Below, piece by piece: positions 39,320 through 47,614 of a DNA stretch of 64,000 nt. The notes beneath the pieces were generated by a model. It did not search any database. It saw only the letters and a program-made list of their open reading frames with translations, and had not been told where the DNA came from. Numbering within the stretch: the stretch's first letter is position 1; each line of letters begins with the position of its first letter. The stretch is taken from IMG/VR virus record IMGVR_UViG_3300023707_000001; one strand, written 5' to 3'. Source of the DNA: a virus (taxonomy: Duplodnaviria > Heunggongvirae > Uroviricota > Caudoviricetes). Both the position numbers and the translations under genes were made by a program.

Positions 39320-39837
39320 TTATCTTTTATGCCTTTGCTTTCCAGATAGGCGATTACGCCTCTATCAAAAACCTCATAGTGTTTCTGGTCATACGGTCTT
39401 CTGTCACGTAACATTGCCGAATCGTGAGAAATGCCGATAATATTTCCGCCCGCTTTTTTACAAAAACGGTCATACATCTTCTCAATCGGGTTCCCAATTA
39501 CCACTGTCCATTCCAACTTGTGAAACCCTCTATCGACGAATAGATATTTTAAGAACTGGTAAAAGTCTTTTGAAAAAACAAGGTCACACTTGGGGCCATA
39601 GTTGATTACACTCATACTGGCCAGCCTGTTAAGCGTTTCGTCGACAGCTACGCTAAAATATCCATGTACATTGTCTTCTTTATCGACTGATACCATCTGG
39701 ATGTTATTCCAGGTATTCTTGTCAACAACAATCTCTGTTTCCCATCCACCGTAATACCACTTTGTGTTTGGGTTCATCCAGTTTGCACGGTCCGTTTTAC
39801 GGAGCGCGTCTTCGTAATCCATCGCAAAAGCTAACAA
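39304..39837 (-). CDS. hypothetical protein, possibly GNAT-fold acetyltransferase (177 aa)
   Basis: RGFHKLEWTVVIGNPIEKMYDRF resembles GNAT motif A/B; weak. Confidence 0.35.
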   Translation of the reverse strand: MLAFAMDYEDALRKTDRANWMNPNTKWYYGGWETEIVVDKNTWNNIQMVSVDKEDNVHGYFSVAVDETLNRLASMSVINYGPKCDLVFSKDFYQFLKYLFVDRGFHKLEWTVVIGNPIEKMYDRFCKKAGGNIIGISHDSAMLRDRRPYDQKHYEVFDRGVIAYLESKGIKDKWKRK

Positions 39838-39966
39838 AATATTTTCCCCTTTCTCATATCAGTTCATTAAGACAAATCTATAATCCGGTGCAAGCTTCCG
39901 GAAAACATTTCAATAGATTTGCCTTAATCAGCCGATATGGCTGATTTCTTAAGCTCCGTAATTTTC

Positions 39967-39996
39967 GTTCCTTTGAGACGTTAACCTCATCGGAAC
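39967..39996 (+). promoter_or_regulatory. conserved hairpin gttcc-tttgag-ACGTTAAC-ctcatc-ggaac
   Basis: Two-tier stem with invariant loop; lies 3' of the tmRNA candidate. Confidence 0.4.
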
Positions 39997-40003
39997 GGTG
40001 GCT

Positions 40004-40033
40004 GCCGCTTCAAGACGTTAACCTTGTCGCGGC
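40004..40033 (+). promoter_or_regulatory. conserved hairpin gccgc-ttcaag-ACGTTAAC-cttgtc-gcggc
   Basis: As above. Confidence 0.4.
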
Positions 40034-40035
40034 CG

Positions 40036-40433
40036 TGGAGACGACGGGAGTCGAACCCGTGTCCAAAATGCATCCACCTGTAAGACATTATCGCAATAGG
40101 CATTTTTAAGAGCGCCATTCTCTAGGGTGTAACCAGCCGAACAAAGCGTAATGGTCTACACCTCCACCACCTGCTTTTTCGAAAGCAGGAAAACTCCCCG
40201 TGTTGTTTACGTCGAGCGGGCCTCCTGACGTTTGCTGTGTTTATTTGAAACCTACCGCCCTGCTCACAGCTAGTGATACGATAGGGGCTAACCAATCTAC
40301 CTTACGGCAGATTAGGCAGCGAGACGATATTCAACTTCGTCAGTTAAATTTAGCGGTTAATGAGTTAGACGTCATAACCATCGGTCTGCGAATCTTACGG
40401 CTTCAACACCCTGTCGAAACCAATTTCGTCCCC
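40036..40433 (-). ncRNA. ssrA: tmRNA (ssrA) candidate, tag ending ...DEVEYRLAA
   Basis: 5' GGGGACGAAATTGGTTTCGACAGGG and 3' GGACACGGGTTCGACTCCCGTCGTCTCCA closely parallel E. coli tmRNA ends (GGGGCUGAUUCUGGAUUCGACGGG ... GGACGCGGGUUCAACUCCCGCCAGCUCCACCA). The acceptor pairs GGGGACG/CGTCTCC. An internal frame reads ...ACT GAC GAA GTT GAA TAT CGT CTC GCT GCC TAA. Confidence 0.65.
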
Positions 40434-41998
40434 ATATGACCCTTTCGGGTCAGGCTATTAAACGCTTTTACTGGTATGAAAGATGATGAAGTACCAGTGC
40501 AGGTTTTTAGTGCCCGAGATACAGCAGCACTGTGTCGGATTGACCCATCCAAGCTTTGGCAAATAACTGCCCGATACCTGGGGGGTAAGCTTTACCGATT
40601 TGAACGAGATTGCTGTCCCTGTCTTTGCTTACGAGGTCTAATAATAGCATGCTCCGCATTGCGCTATACGGAACAAGGTACTCCTTCCGCATTTGTCGCG
40701 AATGAGCTATGATACCCGAAAGGATAAGCAGTATCTGGAGAATTTGGAGATGGGTTAGTCTCCATGACCGAGTTCTCGCTTTTTTTTATGAATTCCTTTT
40801 ACGGCCGCCAAGTAACTTACTCACCCCGCAGGGGAGGCCCACATGTCTTTGGCGTTTACCGGATTACTGCCGTAGCCACCGGTTTCCCTGCTTAACCCTG
40901 TGCCAAGCAGTTATCTTATGCAGGTTTTATGTCGGTTCTTCCGACTCGGGCGGCTTATTACGTAGTGCCCTTACCCTACGCCGTTTTTCGCCTTGGAGGC
41001 TAAATCACCTTCGTGCCTGTTATTATCCTTAAGTTGATAAGCTGTGTACTTTAGCTCATCCAGATAAAAGTAATCCAGGTACGCTTGGCGCAACCTTGCT
41101 ACCACTGAACCGAGCTACCGTTTGTACTTTACGGCGTTATCGGGGTGGACCAGGTTTTATATTCTTCGGTATACCTCCACCGAAAGGAATGCCTTCGCGT
41201 CGTTATTCTGAGTGCTAAAAACCGTGGCCTTTAGTTCTTACTTCCTCAGCAATTGTCCGATAGCGAACGCTCCGATAAAGGTCATCTCTTCGGCTGTTGG
41301 CACCGGGTAATCGAGACGCCTGCACACAGCAGTGCGAACCCAAAAACGCGGTTGGCCTATTCTGGTTACAGCCAAGGGTAATGGAGCCCTTATCCCGGTT
41401 TAACCTACCGTGCCGGGCAAGGAAAGCTTTCGTGTCGTGGAACGCGGCCTTATCGCCTGTCCGGCATGCTCCTTTCGGGACATCCGGGGTCCACGGTGAC
41501 TCAAGCTGGCTGTCTATTTACGCGCTCGCAGCCATTGAACGCCCGATTCTTAGAACTTCGGAAAACCCGCGAAATATTCATGGAGCTGTTTAACGTGCTT
41601 TACACCTTCATCGTCGCGGAAGCTTGACCTCACGGGCTATCCTAAGCTTATACACACCCGATAGCCAATTGGTGCCCGATTTTAATATCGGGAAACATCT
41701 TGATGCCCGGCTCCCAAGGCAGCATCATGGATTTAACATCGCCTGTAAAGGTAGCGACCCTTTTACATTTCCGGCGCCCAATTGCGCACGGTGGAGATTG
41801 GATAAGCGCTCCTTGCAGGAATCGAACCTGCCTTATGTACTGGATTGGTTATCCAGTATAAGCATAGCTCCCAGAGTTGGAACATTATAGGCGCCTGATA
41901 TGCTTTTACCATCCCTCAGGCGGGGGATGCCACGTCTGGAAATCATTGTGGCACAATGTTTGTTCCGAAAAGATTGATCATTTCCCTCAGAACAATGT

Positions 41999-42053
41999 TG
42001 CTCAATACAGGAATCGAACCTGTCTACCGGCCGGTGTCCCCCAGACTTTGAGC
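41999..42053 (-). ncRNA. ~55-nt anticodon-arm-less tRNA-like element (mini-tRNA)
   Basis: GCTCAAA-GT-CTGGGGGACACCGGCCGGTAGA-CAGG-TTCGATT-CCTG-TATTGAGC. Confidence 0.3.
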
Positions 42054-42058
42054 ATGAT

Positions 42059-42129
42059 ACCCCCAAGAAGGATTCGAACCTTCGCCGCAAGCCGTAGCCT
42101 TACGAGCTCTGCCGGAGGAGCTTTGGGGA
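42059..42129 (-). tRNA. degenerate tRNA-like gene (pseudo-tRNA)
   Basis: Acceptor TCCCCAA/TTGGGGG, D-arm GCTC-CTCCGGCA-GAGC, T-arm GAAGG-TTCGAAT-CCTTC; no canonical anticodon arm. Confidence 0.3.
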
Positions 42130-42139
42130 TGTATGATAT

Positions 42140-42222
42140 AGGGGCAGGGAGGAATCGAACCACCATCATAAGAAAGCCCCATTTGCTTTCTCGTCCGCTC
42201 TAGCCATTTGAGCTACTGCCTC
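42140..42222 (-). tRNA. tRNA-like gene with 7-bp anticodon-like stem and non-canonical loop AAATGGG
   Basis: Acceptor GAGGCAG/CTGCCCC, D-arm GCTC-AAATGGCTA-GAGC, hairpin AGAAAGC-AAATGGG-GCTTTCT, T-loop TTCGATT. Confidence 0.3.
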
Positions 42223-43083
42223 ATTATGGGGGCGACTTGTTTTACATCCTGCCGCCTTCGGATATGCGGTCAACCGTTGCCTCTACCGCCAGGGGGAATT
42301 TATACGATTTTTTTCCTTATCGGGTTTTATCGTCTTTTCCTTGACACGTATGATACAATAGACATCGGCTGAGAATATCGTAAAAATACTTTATCTACCT
42401 TTCACAAAACATGCATAACAAATGCTCCTCACCGAGCATTCCTTGCTACTGGGCAAGCACGGTAGCAATACATGTAGGCCAGGTATGGGATAACAGCTCG
42501 CAATCTTGCAAAAGACCTCGCGACCTGCCCGCCCCGCTGAAGTTTTTCCAAAAAACTTAGAAAGGAAGATTTAGCCATGGAATTATCCTTGACTCCGGAG
42601 TTTTTCGACTCTTTGCGCGATGCGCTGTATGCCGTCGCACTCGTAGTTTTAGCGTTTAAGTCCTAATACTTGCATAAAACGATATTCCCGGCTATTTTTA
42701 TATCTATTGCATCATACCTGCCAAGGAGGCAGGTATTTTTTGATTGCTGCTCGTCTCAAACAGCTTGGCTACTCAGCGTCGGTGTAGCCTCTCGTGCCGG
42801 GTTTTAACGGCTTTTCCTTGCCGTTGCCCACGGTCGAACCGTGAAAGCCTTGCACCTATCCGGCTTGTCCTCTAGGGCCGGATGTACCGTATTTCTTTAG
42901 GCGTTCATACGGTGTCCTCATTGGAGACTTTCTACCACTGGCCAAGTTTCTTTCTGGGCGCTCCGGAGGCTTGCAGGAAGCGGTACAGCCTCTCTGCATT
43001 CTTTATTCGCTGCATGGTTCTCTTGGCAACCAGCAGTCAGGTCACGCATGTTTTATGGCCGACATTAGTGTCGGTCGCAAAAT

Positions 43084-43380
43084 TTAAAAATCTGAATCTC
43101 GCTCGTAAGTTTCCTCAATTTTATATGAGTGAATTTCTAAGCGATGTTCACCATCGTTGTAATACGCGCCATTGTCACAATCTTCAAGGCCGTATTCATT
43201 AACCCAGTCGTCATAGCATGCCTGGGCGGCTTCGGCGTTTGAAAAAACACCCATAACGTCCTGGTCATAATCATCGCATAAAGTTTGGTGAATAACCATA
43301 TATACTGTCATATTCTTCTCTCCTAAAACAGGATTCTCATAAGGTGGACGATATTCTATGGCCTCATCCGGGCCAGTCAC
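43084..43380 (-). CDS. hypothetical acidic protein (98 aa)
   Basis: Minus ORF inside the RNA-gene region. Confidence 0.4.
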   Translation of the reverse strand: MTGPDEAIEYRPPYENPVLGEKNMTVYMVIHQTLCDDYDQDVMGVFSNAEAAQACYDDWVNEYGLEDCDNGAYYNDGEHRLEIHSYKIEETYERDSDF

Positions 43381-43391
43381 ATGGAGGGGAT

Positions 43392-44036
43392 TTATTCAAA
43401 GCTGCCAAAACTAATAGTCGGAAACACTTCCTGGCGCATCTTTATTATCTGCTTTCGCTTTTCATCGAAATAAACAAGACAGTTTTCGGGAATACGGCCG
43501 ACTACCTCAAAAGTTCGCACGAAAGGCATTTCCAATAAACCTACGAATGGATTCTTCTCTCTTATATCAAGTGAACCCTCGTAAGATGTTCCCAGGATAA
43601 CCCATGTCTGCGCATCGGCAGTGATTTCGCTTTCCAGAATATCACGTACATCCTGTGTTGTTCCTGCGCTTGCGAATTCGTCAATGAACGTTACTGTGCG
43701 TCGTTTATCCGAACACAATGTAATCATATTGTGCTCATTGGGAACGATGTCGATTTGCGGATACTGTTTCTTGTAATCATCGCCAAGGACTTCTTTTAGA
43801 GTCCTTTCCATAAATTTGGAATGAACTATATAACCGCACTTAATGACAATGTGGTCAGCCATATCTTGGGATAAGATTTTCTTTACCGCATTGGCGATAA
43901 AAGTGGTTTTGCCAAAACGACGGTCTACGTTGATTGCTGTTATGCCGCCGTCGATAAGATTCGCCAATGGAATCTTATCAAACCAATCTCCAGCCCCATA
44001 GCTGCAAATAACTTGTTTTTCAAGACAATTGCTCAT
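43392..44036 (-). CDS. RecA-superfamily P-loop ATPase (RadB/KaiC/Sak4-like, 214 aa)
   Basis: G.GDWFDKI...LIDGGI...VDRRFGKTTF parallels the RecA/KaiC Walker A region; Walker B VTFIDEF. Confidence 0.5.
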   Translation of the reverse strand: MSNCLEKQVICSYGAGDWFDKIPLANLIDGGITAINVDRRFGKTTFIANAVKKILSQDMADHIVIKCGYIVHSKFMERTLKEVLGDDYKKQYPQIDIVPNEHNMITLCSDKRRTVTFIDEFASAGTTQDVRDILESEITADAQTWVILGTSYEGSLDIREKNPFVGLLEMPFVRTFEVVGRIPENCLVYFDEKRKQIIKMRQEVFPTISFGSFE

Positions 44037-44203
44037 TATATGCTACCTCAGTGTTTCTTACCAGTAGTAGCTACATAGCGGCCCATCAGCCAGCCGTTCA
44101 TAACCGGCGTATTTACCGTAGCGCAGCATTTTGCCTTGGGATAAAACAGGCTCTTACCAACTCTGCTTCCTTTTGTGTTGTTAGAATAAGTTTTTACCAT
44201 AGA

Positions 44204-44431
44204 TTAACCAAACCTTTCTATCAAAAAATTCATTATGTTTTTTATGAGGAAGCCAAGCGCCGGCCCTGCGATAAACACAACCACTGCAAGCACAATTGCT
44301 CCTTCATAAAGTTTTGAAGCTATTAATACAACAAGAAGTGTTGCAATAACCACTGCACAAGTTGCAACCAAGTAAGTTGCATACTCACATATTTTATCTA
44401 GTGTTTCTTCCGAGAAAAACAAGTTGAACAT
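44204..44431 (-). CDS. small membrane protein (75 aa)
   Basis: Two TM helices. Confidence 0.4.
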   Translation of the reverse strand: MFNLFFSEETLDKICEYATYLVATCAVVIATLLVVLIASKLYEGAIVLAVVVFIAGPALGFLIKNIMNFLIERFG

Positions 44432-44456
44432 TTTTATCTTTCTCCGTTATTTAAAA

Positions 44457-44542
44457 TGGAGCCCCCGGTCAGATTCGAACTGACGTGTCCTTTCGGAACC
44501 GGTTTACAAAACCGGTGCAATCGGCCTCTATGCGACAGGGGC
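44457..44542 (-). tRNA. tRNA-Thr(TGT) with 12-nt variable region
   Basis: Acceptor GCCCCTG/CGGGGGC, anticodon arm CCGGT-TTTGTAA-ACCGG, variable TCCGAAAGGACA, T-arm GTCAG-TTCGAAT-CTGAC, CCA. Confidence 0.6.
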
Positions 44543-44548
44543 GTAATA

Positions 44549-44624
44549 TGGAGCGGAAAACGAGACTCGAACTCGCGACACCCGACTTGGAAGGACGGTG
44601 CTCTACCAACTGAGCTATTTCCGC
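44549..44624 (-). tRNA. tRNA-Gly(TCC)
   Basis: GCGGAAA-TA-GCTCAGTTGGTAGAGC-A-CCGTC-CTTCCAA-GTCGG-GTGTC-GCGAG-TTCGAGT-CTCGT-TTTCCGC-T-CCA; near-identical architecture to bacterial tRNA-Gly. Confidence 0.8.
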
Positions 44625-44627
44625 AAA

Positions 44628-44703
44628 TGGCTCCCCGAGCTGGACTCGAACCAGCGACATATGGATTAACAGTCCACCGTTCTACCGGCTGAACTATCGG
44701 GGA
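44628..44703 (-). tRNA. tRNA-Asn(GTT)
   Basis: TCCCCGA-TA-GTTCAGCCGGTAGAAC-G-GTGGA-CTGTTAA-TCCAT-ATGTC-GCTGG-TTCGAGT-CCAGC-TCGGGGA-G-CCA. Confidence 0.8.
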
Positions 44704-44798
44704 AGGGCGTAGGCAGTTAGGTCATACCCAGGACCTATTCTGTTTCCCTCATATCAGGGCCGTTGTAAGCCGACATGAGTGGCCGAATAGTAACCATT

Positions 44799-44830
44799 CC
44801 TTAGTGTTGTTTCTTGCCGGACGTTAACCC
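44799..44830 (+). promoter_or_regulatory. conserved hairpin gtttc-ttgccgg-ACGTTAAC-ccggtt-cgaaac
   Basis: Lies 15 nt 3' of tRNA-Ser(GCT). Confidence 0.4.
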
Positions 44831-44844
44831 GGTTCGAAACATGA

Positions 44845-44936
44845 TGGCGGAGCCGGTTGGATTTGAACCAACGATACCCTATAATGGGTATAACACCTTA
44901 GCAGGGTGCCGCCTTAAGCCTCTCGGCCACGACTCC
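44845..44936 (-). tRNA. tRNA-Ser(GCT), type II
   Basis: Acceptor GGAGTCG/CGGCTCC, anticodon arm GCACC-CTGCTAA-GGTGT, long variable hairpin TATACCC-ATTA-TAGGGTATC, T-loop TTCAAAT, CCA. Confidence 0.75.
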
Positions 44937-45173
44937 GGTTGAGCAGTTATTTCATGCTCAGGAACTACTCTGTTTTCCAATTCTACCGACGGATTAAGGC
45001 AGTCTCGTGGCCGAATAGTAGCCATTTTTTGTCATTAAGACCGTCTGGGACTCAACAACATATATCTAATCCCTTTGCAGGGGATTATTCATAGAATACT
45101 GCATTTGGTACTTGGCTCAGGGGGGGTAATGATACCACGCTGCAGTGGGCGTCCAGGAAATTGTTAGCCTCTA

Positions 45174-45192
45174 ACCAGACGTTAACCTGGTG
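45174..45192 (+). promoter_or_regulatory. conserved hairpin aaccag-ACGTTAAC-ctggtg
   Basis: Fifth copy of the motif. Confidence 0.35.
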
Positions 45193-45316
45193 TTGGGCAT
45201 TATCAGGCGGCCGGCAATTTTTACATCCCTCGACCGCGAAGGATACCGCTTTCGCGGCACTACACGTAGTGTTGCGCCCAGTCGGTTGATCGGACCAACC
45301 GGACTAATATTAGCTA

Positions 45317-45391
45317 AGCCAATGCCAGGACTCGAACCTGGGTCGCCGAGGTTACAGTTTCGGTGCTCTCTCCCTATTGAGCTACATCGGC
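45317..45391 (-). tRNA. tRNA with 18-nt anticodon arm (8-nt loop; anticodon TGT or GTA ambiguous)
   Basis: Acceptor GCCGATG/CATTGGC, D-arm GCTC-AATAGGGA-GAGC, anticodon arm CCGA-AACTGTAACC-TCGG, T-arm CCAGG-TTCGAGT-CCTGG; no CCA encoded. Confidence 0.45.
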
Positions 45392-45868
45392 ATGATGAAT
45401 ATGGACAAAACGCCAGCCAGGACTAAAAATCTTTGGTTGTAACCACCAATAAAAGTAAAATACCTGGATTTTTATCCGACCGTCAACCCCATACCTTAAA
45501 TATACTTTTTTCAAAAAAAGAAAATTAAATGGTGACGGTGCTTCTTTAAAGGTTTGCGCTTTTATCGTTAAACGAAAAAATCTTTAACAGTTAAATCTTT
45601 CAGCTTTTTGCTTTAGATTTTTGAGCTTTGCAAGGTAGGGCTCCATTGTGCGGAGCAATCTTCTTTATTCATATACGCTTTAAAAAAGCGGTGCCAATTG
45701 TTCATATCGGCTGATTTTCCACATACTTGCATGTGCTGTTAGAACCATTTTATACTTTGGTCAGAAGTTGTTACTTGCAAGATTTTCAGCGCTTCATCCA
45801 TATAAAATTGTGTGTAGTTTTGAAACTTTATATTTTGCGACTGACATGAATGTCGGTCGCAAAATTTC

Positions 45869-46588
45869 TTACAGACTGGTAAGGTCTACGTCAATCTTCT
45901 GGATTGCGTTTTCCTCGGACAGCTTAGCGTCAGCCTCAACGCGGAACTTTGTGATTTCCTCGTTGAGGGCCTTGATTTTTGCTTCAAGGTTAAGCGGGTC
46001 AACCAGCTTAAGGTCATTGTACTTATGCCAGTCAGCCGTGTGACGAGCAGTTTCTTCCGCCGTAAGCTTTGCATCCTTACCGGCCACATTGGCAAGGTAG
46101 GTGTTGATGCGCGCGTCCGCATCAGCTTCCATAACCTCGATGCGTCTCTTTGCGGAAGCCAGGTTGCTCTGCATACGCTGCAGAAGAGAACCTTTGAAAC
46201 CGCCATTGAAGCTGCGGCCGTAAACCGTGTTGAGTTCTTCAATGAGTTCTGCTACCGTGTAATCCTTATCGTTTACCTTTACGGTACGCGGTTCGCCCTG
46301 CAAACCAGCGTTGGAGCGGATAACAGCCGTTTTAATCTTTTCATAGTTGCTGATAAGACTTACGATGCTGTCATATTCGCCCTGAAAGCCTGCTTCGACT
46401 TCTTTGATGGGAACACCGTTGACCTTGTCTGCCCGGCCTTTTACGTAAGTAACAAAGCTGGCATGGTCGATTTCGTTTTCAATGCGCTTCTTGAGCGTCT
46501 TGAGCTCAAGCAGTGCTCTGTGGATTGTCATTTCCATTGTGATAACCATTCCTTTCTGTCTTTTCGCTTTATAATCATCGGTTTTCAC
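45869..46588 (-). CDS. hypothetical protein (239 aa), coiled-coil rich
   Basis: Long minus ORF; followed at 45836-45870 by a conserved hairpin repeat. Confidence 0.5.
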   Translation of the reverse strand: MKTDDYKAKRQKGMVITMEMTIHRALLELKTLKKRIENEIDHASFVTYVKGRADKVNGVPIKEVEAGFQGEYDSIVSLISNYEKIKTAVIRSNAGLQGEPRTVKVNDKDYTVAELIEELNTVYGRSFNGGFKGSLLQRMQSNLASAKRRIEVMEADADARINTYLANVAGKDAKLTAEETARHTADWHKYNDLKLVDPLNLEAKIKALNEEITKFRVEADAKLSEENAIQKIDVDLTSL

Positions 46589-46839
46589 CGATATACGCTT
46601 AAGGGGTAGCGCTTTATTTTGTTTCCCGCGCCAAGGAATAGGGTCGTTTATTCACTCTATTGAAAGGAGGAACCAAGAGAAGAACTCTCGATTCGGCCCG
46701 TTTTGGGCCCGTTAACCCACAGAAAAACTAAAAAACGAAAGGCGGTGATAAGCAAAGAATTTAGTTCTTCTGTGTGTTAGCCGACTCAAAACCGGTCAGT
46801 AGTTTTACGTCTTGCTTAGGACAAGATGCCTCTCTATAG

Positions 46840-47120
46840 GTTCATTGATGCAAAGAATACGGTAAATTAATTTTTTTGAAAGAAAGGAGAAATCACCAAT
46901 GAAAAAGTGACAAAACATATTCTTTACATCAACCAGCCTATAGAGGATAGGACTGGTTAGGAGATTTTTCTATGGTTTGAAATGAAAAAGATAGGAGATT
47001 GGATGTTACTAAAACTGTTGGGAGAACTAGAAGGCAAGAGGCGCTTGCTTCTGTACTACTTTGTGATTGGTTTGAATTATGATAGGAGATTTGTTTTATC
47101 GTCATCCCTGACGATGATTT
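46840..47120. repeat. iteron-like direct repeats (GATAGGAGATT x2, GATAGGACT) plus inverted repeat TCTCTATAGG/CCTATAGAGG in a 600-bp ORF-free AT-rich spacer
   Basis: Seen directly; candidate replication origin or regulatory region. Confidence 0.35.
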
Positions 47121-47186
47121 AATTATATACCATCTTGTTCTTAATGTCAAGAAAAAATCGTAAGAAAAAGTAAAAATTTTTCTTAA

Positions 47187-47573
47187 TTACGTTTTTTCTT
47201 TAAGGGTGGGTTTGGAATACTCTTCCCAGATGTATCTCAGCTCTTTTAAGTAACTTCCGTCCGCTATGCCGACATGCTCTTTTTCATAAACCTTATACGT
47301 CTTTTCCGTAAAAAGGTCTTCGTGCGTTGCCGACATATTCACATAACCATTTTCTCCTGTGGCTTTATCGTATCCTGGGTGCATATTGACTTTTAATGTC
47401 ACGCGGCCAGTCGCTCCAAAACCATAAAAGTTATAGCAGTCCCCCGCCTGCAAGTGCTGAGTCGTTAACCGACACACGCGGTTAATTGCAACGTCGCGAC
47501 TACGGGCGATGAGAGTTTCATTGTAGTATCGCAAAATATCCTCCGTAAAAAGAAGACAAAGAAAACAAGACAA
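47187..47573 (-). CDS. hypothetical protein (128 aa)
   Basis: Minus ORF. Confidence 0.45.
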   Translation of the reverse strand: MSCFLCLLFTEDILRYYNETLIARSRDVAINRVCRLTTQHLQAGDCYNFYGFGATGRVTLKVNMHPGYDKATGENGYVNMSATHEDLFTEKTYKVYEKEHVGIADGSYLKELRYIWEEYSKPTLKEKT

Positions 47574-47614
47574 CTGCCCGCGGAGCGGGCGAAAAGGGAA
47601 TGAAGAGAAAAGGA

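Noticed and set aside
40440-43080. rRNA or RNase P RNA in the ORF-free regions
   Set aside because: No matches by eye to universally conserved rRNA segments or the RNase P P4 consensus (AGGAAAGTCCGGGCTCC). Left as unassigned structured RNA candidates instead.
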